DNA of 64,000 nucleotides from a virus (Duplodnaviria > Heunggongvirae > Uroviricota > Caudoviricetes), in IMG/VR virus record IMGVR_UViG_3300025018_000115, positions 33,363 to 97,362 of that record. One strand, given 5' to 3'. A program made the position numbers and the translations under genes. The notes below the pieces were generated by a model, which saw nothing but the letters and a program-made list of their open reading frames with translations, did no database searches and was not told where the DNA came from. Of the stretch, positions 46,814-55,275 are shown one piece after another (the stretch's first letter is position 1; each line of letters begins with the position of its first letter).

Positions 46814-47361
46814 TATCTTATCTTGTCTGATATATACTTTATTTCTGCCTTTGTGAATTTCTTCTTATTCTTTTCTAGCAGTGATATATCTTTATTTTTA
46901 ATGATTTTTAACATCAAATCATTTGTTGTTTCTTTTTCAACTATCGTCTCTTCTTTTTTAAACAGTTCCTTTCCAATCCCAAAACTTTCTAGTTTTTTCT
47001 TCAGTTCATCAGCTTCTGCTCCAGTAAGTTTAATGGCAGAAACAGACTGTTGTTCAATCATTTCCTTAAAAATTTCTGGAATATCACCGATTGGGGAATT
47101 TAAATTTTCCATAATTCTTGTTCCTTTTTCGTTCTCTCTTACCATGTCCGCCATTACTTTGTGTGTAAACAGAACGATAGTGGCACCCTCCATAATTCCT
47201 TTCATAGCCTCCTCTGGGTTTTGCTCTGCAAATTCAATTTTTGCTAATACATAAGCATCCTCTAGGGATGTCGCGTACTGCACACTAAGAAATGTGCTTG
47301 ATCTGTTTTTTATAAGTAATGCGTATATCTTATACCCATCATTATTATTTAGAATCGTCAT
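46813..47361 (-). CDS. hypothetical protein
   Basis: A 182-aa ORF. Confidence 0.45.
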   Translation of the reverse strand: MTILNNNDGYKIYALLIKNRSSTFLSVQYATSLEDAYVLAKIEFAEQNPEEAMKGIMEGATIVLFTHKVMADMVRENEKGTRIMENLNSPIGDIPEIFKEMIEQQSVSAIKLTGAEADELKKKLESFGIGKELFKKEETIVEKETTNDLMLKIIKNKDISLLEKNKKKFTKAEIKYISDKIR

Positions 47362-48361
47362 TTTTTTTGTTATTTATCGCTTCCTTTATCTCCTTGAATA
47401 ACCCTTCATTTTCCTCGATGGTAGTCTTGGCTTTATCCTTCCCAACACCAAGAGTTAATTCACCAAAAGAATATGTATTACCTGTCTTGTTAATAACCCC
47501 TATATTTTCACCATAAACCAGGGCGTCTGCAGCAAGGTCTATTCCCTTTGCATAATACAGATCAAGTGTGGTTTTTTTCCAGGGGAATCCGACCTTGTTT
47601 TTCACTGCCGTCACTATTATCTCATTCCCAATCTGGACATCTCCCTTTTCAATCTTCTTGCCCTTTGAAACTTCAAGTCTGACAGAGCTAAAGAACTTCA
47701 GTGCTCGCCCTCCGCTCGTAGTTGTCTTGGCGCCAAAGAACACCCCCACCTTGTCTCGAATCTGGTTAATGAAGATAACGATTGTTTTAGACTTTGAGAT
47801 GGGTCCTGACAGAACGCGTAACGCTCTACTCATAAGTCGTGCCTGTATTGCCATTGTGTCCTTCATAAAGTCTTCTCCTTCAACCTCAGATTTGGGAACA
47901 AGCGCACTAACAGAGTCCACAACGATAATGTCCATCATACCTGTCTCTACAAGTTCCTTGACGATATCCATTGACTCCTCAAGGGTTGTTGGCTGTGACA
48001 CCAAAAGCTTTGAAACATCAACTCCGATGTTCGAAGCGTATGAACCGTCAAAGGCATTCTCCGCATCAATCAACGCGACACGTCCCCCTCTTTTTTGCAC
48101 CTGTGACATTAAGAATAGTGACAGTGTACTTTTACCTCCTGACTCTGCTCCAAATACTTCAATTATTCTACCTCTCGGCAATCCTTTCCCAATAAGATCA
48201 TCAAGAGCAAGACACCCTGTTGGAACCCAGTCTACCCTGAAGTCGATGTCTTTGTCCATTTGCATTAGAACATCGTTTCCATATTTTTTCTGAAGTCTAG
48301 ACAATGCATCTTCCATTTTATCTACCTCTTTTTCTCCATCTTCTTTTTTGGTTTTTTTCAT
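47345..48361 (-). CDS. recA: RecA-family recombinase
   Basis: LDDLIGKGLPRGRIIEVFGAESGGKSTLSL holds the Walker A. A Walker B IVVDSV and the RecA-like overall layout are present. Confidence 0.75.
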   Translation of the reverse strand: MKKTKKEDGEKEVDKMEDALSRLQKKYGNDVLMQMDKDIDFRVDWVPTGCLALDDLIGKGLPRGRIIEVFGAESGGKSTLSLFLMSQVQKRGGRVALIDAENAFDGSYASNIGVDVSKLLVSQPTTLEESMDIVKELVETGMMDIIVVDSVSALVPKSEVEGEDFMKDTMAIQARLMSRALRVLSGPISKSKTIVIFINQIRDKVGVFFGAKTTTSGGRALKFFSSVRLEVSKGKKIEKGDVQIGNEIIVTAVKNKVGFPWKKTTLDLYYAKGIDLAADALVYGENIGVINKTGNTYSFGELTLGVGKDKAKTTIEENEGLFKEIKEAINNKKNDDSK

Positions 48362-49062
48362 TTTTTGTCTTTTATCTCTCCATTAATAATTTCTACATAT
48401 CCTCCAGATGTCCTTAATGCATCGCACATCCAAACCCCTTCCATTTCAGTGACATCTACGATATTTGTATGTCCAACAAACTGAACTATATTTGGCACTT
48501 TGTCCTTGAACAAACTTGCGGGTCGAACCCAGATTGGTGACTGTGTTATGTTGTTTCCTGTATTGTCTCCTCCTGTAAATCTAAATTTTGATAAGTCTGT
48601 CTTAAACAAATTGTTAATAAATTCTGAAATGTCCTTTACATTATATTCTCCTTTGTATCCAGAGTTTGCTAACCATGTTTGGGTTACTCCTGCGTGACTA
48701 AAAAGTAAATTATCTTCCTCGTAATGACACATCTGAAGTGATCCATTTTTTATATACTTTTCAACCATCTCGTTATAGGCAACCTGCATAATTTCTTGGA
48801 AGCCGCTGTAGCGCTCACCTGGTATTAAGAGATAATGGAAGTCATGATTTCCCATCAATGTGACAACCTTATTTTTGTTCTCTTTTTTTAGTTTCATTAT
48901 TTCTTCGAAAATTGTTATCTGTTCCGTCGGACTCTTGTCAAATGAATCTAAATAATCTCCTAGAAATATAATCTTGTCTGCGTCCATGTTCTTTTCTACA
49001 ATCTTTCTCCACGTGCTCTCTCCGTGTACGTCCCCTATTACTATTATTTTTTTATCTTTCAT
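48358..49062 (-). CDS. PPP-family Ser/Thr protein phosphatase (calcineurin-like metallophosphoesterase)
   Basis: The motifs are VIGDVHGE, FLGDYLD and LMGNHDFH. Confidence 0.7.
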   Translation of the reverse strand: MKDKKIIVIGDVHGESTWRKIVEKNMDADKIIFLGDYLDSFDKSPTEQITIFEEIMKLKKENKNKVVTLMGNHDFHYLLIPGERYSGFQEIMQVAYNEMVEKYIKNGSLQMCHYEEDNLLFSHAGVTQTWLANSGYKGEYNVKDISEFINNLFKTDLSKFRFTGGDNTGNNITQSPIWVRPASLFKDKVPNIVQFVGHTNIVDVTEMEGVWMCDALRTSGGYVEIINGEIKDKK

Positions 49063-49082
49063 ATTTTTTATGTTACTAGGTA

Positions 49083-49113
49083 ATTATACTTTTATGTATT
49101 TACTTGTCAAGTA
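49083..49113 (-). promoter_or_regulatory. sigma70-like promoter TTGACA-N16-TATAAT in the palindrome TTACTTGACAAGTAA
   Basis: Read on the minus strand this is TTACTTGACAAGTAAATACATAAAAGTATAAT, directly upstream of the phosphatase gene. Confidence 0.55.
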
Positions 49114-49114
49114 A

Positions 49115-49357
49115 TTACAAACCTAGGCTTATTATTTTTGCGGCAATTGATGCTCTTACTCTCCAATCATCACTATTATTCATCATCTCTTTTAGTGAAT
49201 CTACGGTGCTGTCATTGATCGAAATCATTTTATTTAATTCTGAGCTTTTTTCTTCCTGCAAAACAGAATGAATGATTGATTCCATCTTATCTGTGTCTAG
49301 CTCTCCTTGCGGATCTGACTGTTCTATTATTTCTCTTATTTTATCCTCTTTGTTCAT
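49115..49357 (-). CDS. hypothetical small protein
   Basis: An 80-aa ORF. Confidence 0.4.
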   Translation of the reverse strand: MNKEDKIREIIEQSDPQGELDTDKMESIIHSVLQEEKSSELNKMISINDSTVDSLKEMMNNSDDWRVRASIAAKIISLGL

Positions 49358-49371
49358 GTGTTTATGATACG

Positions 49372-51177
49372 TTACTTATCATCGCCCCAACTAACATCAG
49401 CTGGCTCTACTTCGATAACCTCATCTCTCACGTAATCTTTTTCCTCTTCCACATCGTCGTAATCGTGATTGTAATAAAGAACTGGAATTTCTTTTGTTTT
49501 TACTTCCTCTTCTTTCTTTTCTTCGATTACTTCCCCAAATTTTTTAAACTCATCTTCAAGAATATCATTTGTATTATCATAAGCAAATCTGCCATTAACC
49601 ATGTTGAAATCAGCTACGACAGTTGCTCCTGTCTTTCGGTTCTTTGCGAGAGTTATTTTGGTCTTGTCGGTAAAATAAGAATTTGCGTCCTTCTCTTTGT
49701 TTTTCTCTCTTTCTATTAAGAACACAAGGTCTGATTCCTGGCCTATTCCCGAGCTATCTTTGATATCATCAATATCTGAGTTCCTATTTCTTGAATCAAC
49801 TTTTTTCATGTGAACAGGGAGAAAAATAATTACTTCTTCCTGTAGGGCTATACTTTTTAAGTCTCGCATTACCTGTGTAAGAAACGAGGCATAGTTTGAC
49901 GATAGGTTTTTACCTAAAATCCCAGATGTCTTGGGCATAAGGAAACCTAGATGGTCAATAAAAACTGTCTTGATTCCGAACTTCTCCTTTCCTTCTTTTA
50001 TTTTATTTTCAACCCATGCGACGTTACCTGTTGAGTGCTTCGCTGGGATGAATGCGCAATCTTCTCTCGTCATCCCCATCTCTCTGAATTTTTTCCATAA
50101 GTGGGTCGGTAGGACCTCATAGGAAAACCATAGTGCTTTCGCCTTTTTTTCACCACGTACCATTGACATTGTCCAATCCTGCACAAGGGTAGTTTTTCCG
50201 TGTCCAGACATACCTGCAATTGTTATGACGTCTCCAGGAGAAACACCGCCGTTTATCACATCATCGAAACACGGCATTTGTAATGGATAAACATCATCCT
50301 CGTTTATGGATTGTTCTTCGGCAACTTCAGCAATATGCTTAATTACATCATCCTCGCCACCTAGAATTAGAGGGTCGTCTTGGGAATGCCCTGTGGAGGA
50401 TGAGTTTTGAGCAAAAACCACGCTAGAAGGCCTCCCAAATGGATGGTTACGACGTTCGGTACGTTTAATCGATTCAAACGTCATCTTGAGCTCATTTTGG
50501 GACAATGGCGGGGTGTTCTTCTGGTTAGCAGAAGTGATTATATCCCACGCTTTGTTTTCCCAGTCTGCTGGGTGCACCTGCGCAAGTACGTGTCCGACGT
50601 AACGCGCCATTTCATCATTCCTCTGACCCTTTCCAAAACCTGCATAATCAGCGACAGGTTTTGAAAGTTGATTCCCCTGTGAAAAGTTAGAGGAGCCTCC
50701 TGACGGATAAGAAAAAATATCAACTTTTTCTGGGAACAGCTCTTTGGGGAATTTTGATATAACCCCAACCTGCAAGAGTGTGTATTTTCCTTTCTCTGAT
50801 TCAGATCCTGCTGCAACCACATAACCACCTTCGGACCTGATGTCCACAAGCTCTTTGATTCGAGCTTTGTTCGTCATACCCTCATCGTATTTGAAATAGT
50901 AGTGATATCCGCCCGAGCCCGTTTCTACAATCATTGTTTCTTGGGGCAGGAATGACGGGTCTCCTCCTTTTTCAATATCTACAACGGTTAGGTTTGATAT
51001 TTTTCCTGTGACTATTCCTATCTGTGCATCAGGATAAGTTTCTATCCATTTTTTTATATCTTCCGGTGTCGCCATTTCTGTTTGGTATGGCTTCCACGGG
51101 ATTAGCGGTATTTTGTTTTTACCGCATGGGATGACTGACCATCCTTTTTTTAGGTAACTTAATGCTAATTCATACAT
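49372..51177 (-). CDS. primase-helicase: N-terminal prim-pol domain plus C-terminal DnaB/RecA-like ATPase
   Basis: The N-terminus WSVIPCGKNKIPLIPWKPYQ...IGIVTGKISNLTVVDIE is prim-pol-like. The C-terminus has Walker A GMSGHGKTTL and Walker B VFIDHLGFL. Confidence 0.7.
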   Translation of the reverse strand: MYELALSYLKKGWSVIPCGKNKIPLIPWKPYQTEMATPEDIKKWIETYPDAQIGIVTGKISNLTVVDIEKGGDPSFLPQETMIVETGSGGYHYYFKYDEGMTNKARIKELVDIRSEGGYVVAAGSESEKGKYTLLQVGVISKFPKELFPEKVDIFSYPSGGSSNFSQGNQLSKPVADYAGFGKGQRNDEMARYVGHVLAQVHPADWENKAWDIITSANQKNTPPLSQNELKMTFESIKRTERRNHPFGRPSSVVFAQNSSSTGHSQDDPLILGGEDDVIKHIAEVAEEQSINEDDVYPLQMPCFDDVINGGVSPGDVITIAGMSGHGKTTLVQDWTMSMVRGEKKAKALWFSYEVLPTHLWKKFREMGMTREDCAFIPAKHSTGNVAWVENKIKEGKEKFGIKTVFIDHLGFLMPKTSGILGKNLSSNYASFLTQVMRDLKSIALQEEVIIFLPVHMKKVDSRNRNSDIDDIKDSSGIGQESDLVFLIEREKNKEKDANSYFTDKTKITLAKNRKTGATVVADFNMVNGRFAYDNTNDILEDEFKKFGEVIEEKKEEEVKTKEIPVLYYNHDYDDVEEEKDYVRDEVIEVEPADVSWGDDK

Positions 51178-51178
51178 G

Positions 51179-51760
51179 TTATTTGTTATTTTTTACGTGT
51201 TTCCATATCTTTTTTTGAGAAATATACACAATTGTTGGGTGACTAACTTTAAATTTTGATGCAATTTCTCGAACGGTATGATTTTTTAATAATTTTCTTA
51301 TTTTTACGATGTCTTCTTCTTTTAACTTGCTTTGTTTTACGTCCTCTCCTCTGATTACTTTCCCATAGGCCATACGGTGGTCTGAATTTTGTTGCTGTTT
51401 GACCCATTCAAGATTATTGATATTATTATTTTTTCTATCCGAGTCTATGTGGTTAACCTGACGTCCTGTCTCTGGCAGGCCGATAAAATGAATTGCAACA
51501 AGTCTTGCTACCGAAAATGATCTTTCTCTACCGTCCATGGATAATTTTATTTGGAGGTATCCTTTCCCAGTAGAACTCGTTTTGATTATTTTTCCCTTGC
51601 GAATTGCAAATCCGTTTGACTTTGTTTTTTGTTTACGCTTAAGACTTTTTACCCTCCCCATATTACTTATCTCGTATTTACCTTCATACCCCATTATTGG
51701 TTTGAAGATTTCGTTATTTTTTTCCATATTTTTAAATGTTTCTTCTGTCAATTCCATCAA
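51179..51760 (-). CDS. HNH_3 homing endonuclease with NUMOD4-like motif
   Basis: IMGYEGKYEISNMGRVKSL is NUMOD4-like. VNHIDSDRKNNNINNLEWV is HNH_3-like. A C-terminal HTH follows. Confidence 0.65.
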   Translation of the reverse strand: MMELTEETFKNMEKNNEIFKPIMGYEGKYEISNMGRVKSLKRKQKTKSNGFAIRKGKIIKTSSTGKGYLQIKLSMDGRERSFSVARLVAIHFIGLPETGRQVNHIDSDRKNNNINNLEWVKQQQNSDHRMAYGKVIRGEDVKQSKLKEEDIVKIRKLLKNHTVREIASKFKVSHPTIVYISQKKIWKHVKNNK

Positions 51761-52262
51761 GACTTATGGTTAACGACATCCCCACAATTCTCGATGCGAT
51801 CCTGTCACCAAGCTTACTAGACAACTCAGAAATACTATTGTTTGATGTAAATATTATTGGTCTCATCTGGTCATATCTCTCATTTATGATCAGATAAAGC
51901 CTTTCTCTAACCCACTCTGTTGCTTTTTCGGCGCCAATGTCGTCAAGAATCAGAACCCCCTCAAATTCTAATACTTCCTTGAAAATTCCCCCAAACTCAT
52001 CCGCATCCCCATTGAAACCCAATCTTATCTCTTCCAAAAACTTTCCTGTGTTTAAAAACATAACTGGGATGTTTTTTGAAAGTAGTTCTTTTGCGATGGC
52101 GCAAGCGATATGGGTTTTCCCTACACCAGCTCCTCCCAAAAAATAAATTCCCTCTTTTTTATTTATTTGTTTTTTGACTTCATCCTTGATCGCACCAGGA
52201 ACGTCGTTCTCATACGAAACGTTATGGTATCTGGGAGGTAGTATTTTTTGATATTTTTCCAT
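51732..52262 (-). CDS. DnaC/IstB-like AAA+ helicase loader
   Basis: Walker A is GGAGVGKTH. Walker B is ILDDIGAE. The sensor region is IIFTSN. Confidence 0.65.
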   Translation of the reverse strand: MEKYQKILPPRYHNVSYENDVPGAIKDEVKKQINKKEGIYFLGGAGVGKTHIACAIAKELLSKNIPVMFLNTGKFLEEIRLGFNGDADEFGGIFKEVLEFEGVLILDDIGAEKATEWVRERLYLIINERYDQMRPIIFTSNNSISELSSKLGDRIASRIVGMSLTISLDGIDRRNI

Positions 52263-52271
52263 TTTATTTTT

Positions 52272-53096
52272 TTATATTTTTACGTTTATTTGTTTTTTGC
52301 CTGGGTTCTCATATTTTCCTGCTACGTACGGCGTGTCAGCGGAAAGAGTTTGCGTTTTTCTCGCGGGGGTAATTTCATCCTGCCATCTTTCTTGGTTCAA
52401 GTAAGTTGTCGGGTGCGGAATGAATCCTTCAAGCCATTGCCTATCTTTCTCTTTCCTTTTTTTGACGTCAGAAATAATCGTCTCTCCAAGTTCGGGGGTA
52501 ATTTTAGCTAGCCATTTCTCTCGGGTTGGCTTCAGACCTTTTTTTGATGGGTATTCTAACCAGAATTGTTCAAACTGGTCTAATTTTCCAATAGTCCTAA
52601 TCTTATTATTTGTTTCTAGTATAATAATAGGTTCGTTTAAACGAACAGGCTCCTGTTCGTCTGTACGAACAGGGTCGTTCGTTGAAACGAACAGGCTTTC
52701 ATCCCCGTTCGTTTCAACGAACAGGCTTTCTTTCTGGACAAACAGCAAATCAACCTTGGCTTCGAGTTTCAGAAAAAGACGAACGTGCCCTCCTATTCGT
52801 TTTTTGTATGTTTTTATAAACCCCTCTCTTTCTATCTTTTTTATTCTTGGAGTAATGGAACTTCTTGTCTTAATCCCCAAAAGAGGCATCTGGGCAATCA
52901 GGGTTGTGAAGTCAACCCATGTCCAGATTCCTGTCTCATCTTTGATCCTTTTTTCATCTATTTTTTCATTTACACTTGAACACAGCACATATATATAGTC
53001 AAGAATTGCGGCATCGGTGATATCAAGATGGGTCTTCAGCTCACTTAGCGCTTTTTGATTGATGTTTATGTTGTATTTTATGCTATCTTTTTTCAT
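52272..53096 (-). CDS. putative replication initiator protein with internal iteron origin
   Basis: The N-terminal winged-helix-like LSELKTHLDITDAAILDYIYVL is present. The coding sequence carries 4-5 ACGAACAGG iterons that encode SLFVETN repeats. It sits next to the DnaC-like loader. Confidence 0.5.
   Translation of the reverse strand: MKKDSIKYNININQKALSELKTHLDITDAAILDYIYVLCSSVNEKIDEKRIKDETGIWTWVDFTTLIAQMPLLGIKTRSSITPRIKKIEREGFIKTYKKRIGGHVRLFLKLEAKVDLLFVQKESLFVETNGDESLFVSTNDPVRTDEQEPVRLNEPIIILETNNKIRTIGKLDQFEQFWLEYPSKKGLKPTREKWLAKITPELGETIISDVKKRKEKDRQWLEGFIPHPTTYLNQERWQDEITPARKTQTLSADTPYVAGKYENPGKKQINVKI
52625..52730. repeat. iterons: AACGAACAGGCT in 3 direct copies, GTACGAACAGGGT in one, plus inverted CCTGTTCGT, flanked by an AT-rich tract at 52580-52625
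   Basis: Direct repeats sit at about 52631, 52663, 52686 and 52716. The inverted copy is at 52643. The adjacent AT-rich stretch contains TATAATAATAGG. Confidence 0.55.
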
Positions 53097-53139
53097 AATG
53101 TCAATAGTTTTTCTAATAAAACCCTTATTTTACAACGCT

Positions 53140-53222
53140 ACAACGCAAAAAGGTACACCCATTTACCTGCGAGTAACTTTCGAACTCGTCGCCTACTTAA
53201 AGACGAAATGGGGGTACCTTTT
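53140..53222. terminator. large palindrome with 21-bp arms and nested inner hairpin; candidate bidirectional terminator or regulatory cruciform
   Basis: CGCAAAAAGGTACACCCATTT, about 37 nt, then AAATGGGGGTACCTTTTTGCG. The inner hairpin is GCGAGTAACTTTCGAACTCGTCGC. T-runs follow on both strands. Confidence 0.45.
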
Positions 53223-53337
53223 TGCGCAATATTTATTGTGTAACAAGTTTCCCCAGGTAAAGAAATTATACACCTATAAAAAAGCGAGTCAATTTTTTTA
53301 ATCACAACAACACAAAAGAAAAAAAGGAGCAAAAATG

Positions 53338-53625
53338 TTAGCGATTAAGATGTGGGTTTTGTTGGATATTTACGATTTCAGATTTCAAACTTTTCAAATT
53401 TGTGATAAAAGTTTTTGGTTCAACAAGCAATAATCCTTGCATGAATCTGTCCTTCATATCTAATAGTTCTGGTGTTTCATCAAAATTGAAATAACCAACT
53501 GGGTGATTTTTTGATCCTTCCAATGTGTAGTCAATTCCTATCATGTGAAACTTCAGTGTGATTAAAGTTGTTGCAAGATATAAATCTCGCGTACTGAATT
53601 TTTTATCTGATTCCATAAATTTCAT
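53338..53625 (-). CDS. hypothetical small protein
   Basis: A 95-aa ORF transcribed divergently from the 53897 cassette. Confidence 0.4.
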   Translation of the reverse strand: MKFMESDKKFSTRDLYLATTLITLKFHMIGIDYTLEGSKNHPVGYFNFDETPELLDMKDRFMQGLLLVEPKTFITNLKSLKSEIVNIQQNPHLNR

Positions 53626-53710
53626 TTATTTTTATTATAACTTTTAAAGTATAGCATAGTCTCATTTTAGGGTGTTAGTTAGTTATCAAATGATTCCATA
53701 AATATGTCAA

Positions 53711-53738
53711 AAATCCAGAATCAAAGAATTCTGGATTT
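53711..53738. promoter_or_regulatory. operator-like inverted repeat AAATCCAGAAT-N6-ATTCTGGATTT
   Basis: The inverted repeat has perfect 11-bp arms. A third half-site ATCCAGAATCAAA recurs at 53775-53787. Confidence 0.5.
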
Positions 53739-53809
53739 TTTCTACGGCTCTAAATAACACTTTTTGTATTTTTTATCCAGAATCAAAAAGGCCCCAATGA
53801 CGTTTCTGG

Positions 53810-53818
53810 TTATCCACA
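53810..53818 (+). promoter_or_regulatory. TTATCCACA 9-mer (GGTTATCCACAGTT)
   Basis: An exact copy 18 nt upstream of the TTGACA -35 at 53836. Confidence 0.4.
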
Positions 53819-53832
53819 GTTATATGTTTATT

Positions 53833-53863
53833 TACTTGACAAGTATTTTGAGAGGAGTATACT
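53833..53863 (+). promoter_or_regulatory. sigma70-like promoter TTGACA-N16-TATACT in the palindrome TACTTGACAAGTA
   Basis: TTTACTTGACAAGTATTTTGAGAGGAGTATACTTG. The -35 is at 53836-53841 and the -10 at 53858-53863. The downstream gene starts at 53897. Confidence 0.6.
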
Positions 53864-53896
53864 TGTGTCAGTTATTAGTAATAAAAATATAACAAT

Positions 53897-54349
53897 ATGA
53901 AATTTGAGAGAGTTGCGGGAACCCATCCGGGCAGGATGCCAGAGAGGTTGGTCCTCAATATAAAAAAGGGTATGAAGAAAACAATCGCAGAGTGGGCCGA
54001 ATATGAGGGCACTTCTTATGCGCACGTCTCTTGTACGCTTGGGAGTCTAAGAAAAAGGGGATTTAATCTTTACCCTTACCAAGGATTTATGAGAGTGGGC
54101 GGTCAAAATAAGAAAGGTATTGTTGTGGATGTTACGGATAAGCCTGAATGGCTAGTGTCTGGAATAAACAGATACGAAGATCATTACGCTATTCCATCAT
54201 TAACAGCAATTGTGAGAATGGTAGAAAGTGGTCTGGAAAAATATCCAGAATTAGCCAACGAATTGAAAGGATTTCTTGACAACATGAGTGTTAAAAGCGT
54301 TAAGAACCTTCCAAAGAAGAAGAAATTAAAATTAATAAGTAAGAAATAA
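53897..54349 (+). CDS. hypothetical protein, first gene of the ParB/SPFH cassette
   Basis: A 150-aa ORF with a basic C-terminus. Confidence 0.45.
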   Translation: MKFERVAGTHPGRMPERLVLNIKKGMKKTIAEWAEYEGTSYAHVSCTLGSLRKRGFNLYPYQGFMRVGGQNKKGIVVDVTDKPEWLVSGINRYEDHYAIPSLTAIVRMVESGLEKYPELANELKGFLDNMSVKSVKNLPKKKKLKLISKK

Positions 54350-54350
54350 T

Positions 54351-55271
54351 ATGGAAATTCTTGAAGTTGATATCAATAAAATTAAACCTGACGTAAATCA
54401 GCCAAGAACAACTATTGACGAACTTGACCTGAGAGAAATGTCACAAAGCATAATTACCGAGGGGGTAATTAATCCAATAGAAGTTGATGAAGAAAATGTC
54501 ATTGTGACAGGGGAACGAAGATGGAGAGCGGCAAAGATGGCTGGTCTAAAAACTGTTCCTGTTAAGGTTATGCCTATGGGTGACGAAAAAAGGTTTATGA
54601 GACAGGTTATTGAAAACATTCACAATAACACCATGACCGATTGGGACACCGCAAATTCATTGAAAAAACTAATAGATATGAATTTCAAGAATGAAGAGAA
54701 GGATTATGGCAGAAAACCAGTTGGTATAAAATGGTTGTCTGATAAAACAGGTAGGTCAACAGGATATATTGAAGAAAAACTATCCATTCTAGATCAGTCA
54801 AGCGAGTGGAAGAAAGCGGTTAAGGAAGGAAAGGACACCGCAAAATTTACAGCTTCACTAAAACAGACTCCTGAAAAGTATAAGGAGGTTGTTGAGAAGA
54901 AGTTCTTGAAGGGAGAATTCGCAACGCGTGACGGAGCAAGAGAGTTTGTTTCTGCGCTGAAGCGTGAAGAAAAAAATCCAGACGTAATAGAAAAACTATT
55001 AGAGAAGGATTATTCTGAACTAAAGGGCTTTAAACAGGTTGAGATAGAGGTTGCAAAGATTTCTCCACGAGTACATCAACTCGTAAAGAAATCTTATGAA
55101 CCATCGCAGGATCTTTCGAAAATAGTGGACCAGTTGAAAGAATGGGTTAAAAACAATCCAATCGAAAAAGTTGGAAAGATTCATGCGCCAAGGGTTGTTG
55201 CAAATATAAATTTTGCAAAAGCATTATTAGAAGAGTGGACAAGCACCACAGACGAGTTAATAGAAGGTTAA
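54351..55271 (+). CDS. ParB-like (ParB/Srx nuclease domain) protein
   Basis: INPIEVDEENVIVTGERRWRAAKMAGLKTVPVKV contains the GERRxRA ParB box II. Confidence 0.65.
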   Translation: MEILEVDINKIKPDVNQPRTTIDELDLREMSQSIITEGVINPIEVDEENVIVTGERRWRAAKMAGLKTVPVKVMPMGDEKRFMRQVIENIHNNTMTDWDTANSLKKLIDMNFKNEEKDYGRKPVGIKWLSDKTGRSTGYIEEKLSILDQSSEWKKAVKEGKDTAKFTASLKQTPEKYKEVVEKKFLKGEFATRDGAREFVSALKREEKNPDVIEKLLEKDYSELKGFKQVEIEVAKISPRVHQLVKKSYEPSQDLSKIVDQLKEWVKNNPIEKVGKIHAPRVVANINFAKALLEEWTSTTDELIEG

Positions 55272-55275
55272 AAAT

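Noticed and set aside
47568-48293. 241-aa plus-strand ORF antisense to recA
   Set aside because: recA has clear Walker motifs on the minus strand, so the antisense ORF is not credible.
53146-53215. tRNA-like 70-nt palindrome with an internal TTCGAA
   Set aside because: It cannot be folded into a cloverleaf. The acceptor pairing has mismatches in either orientation, and there is no T-loop GTTCGA in the right context. It is more consistent with a terminator or cruciform.
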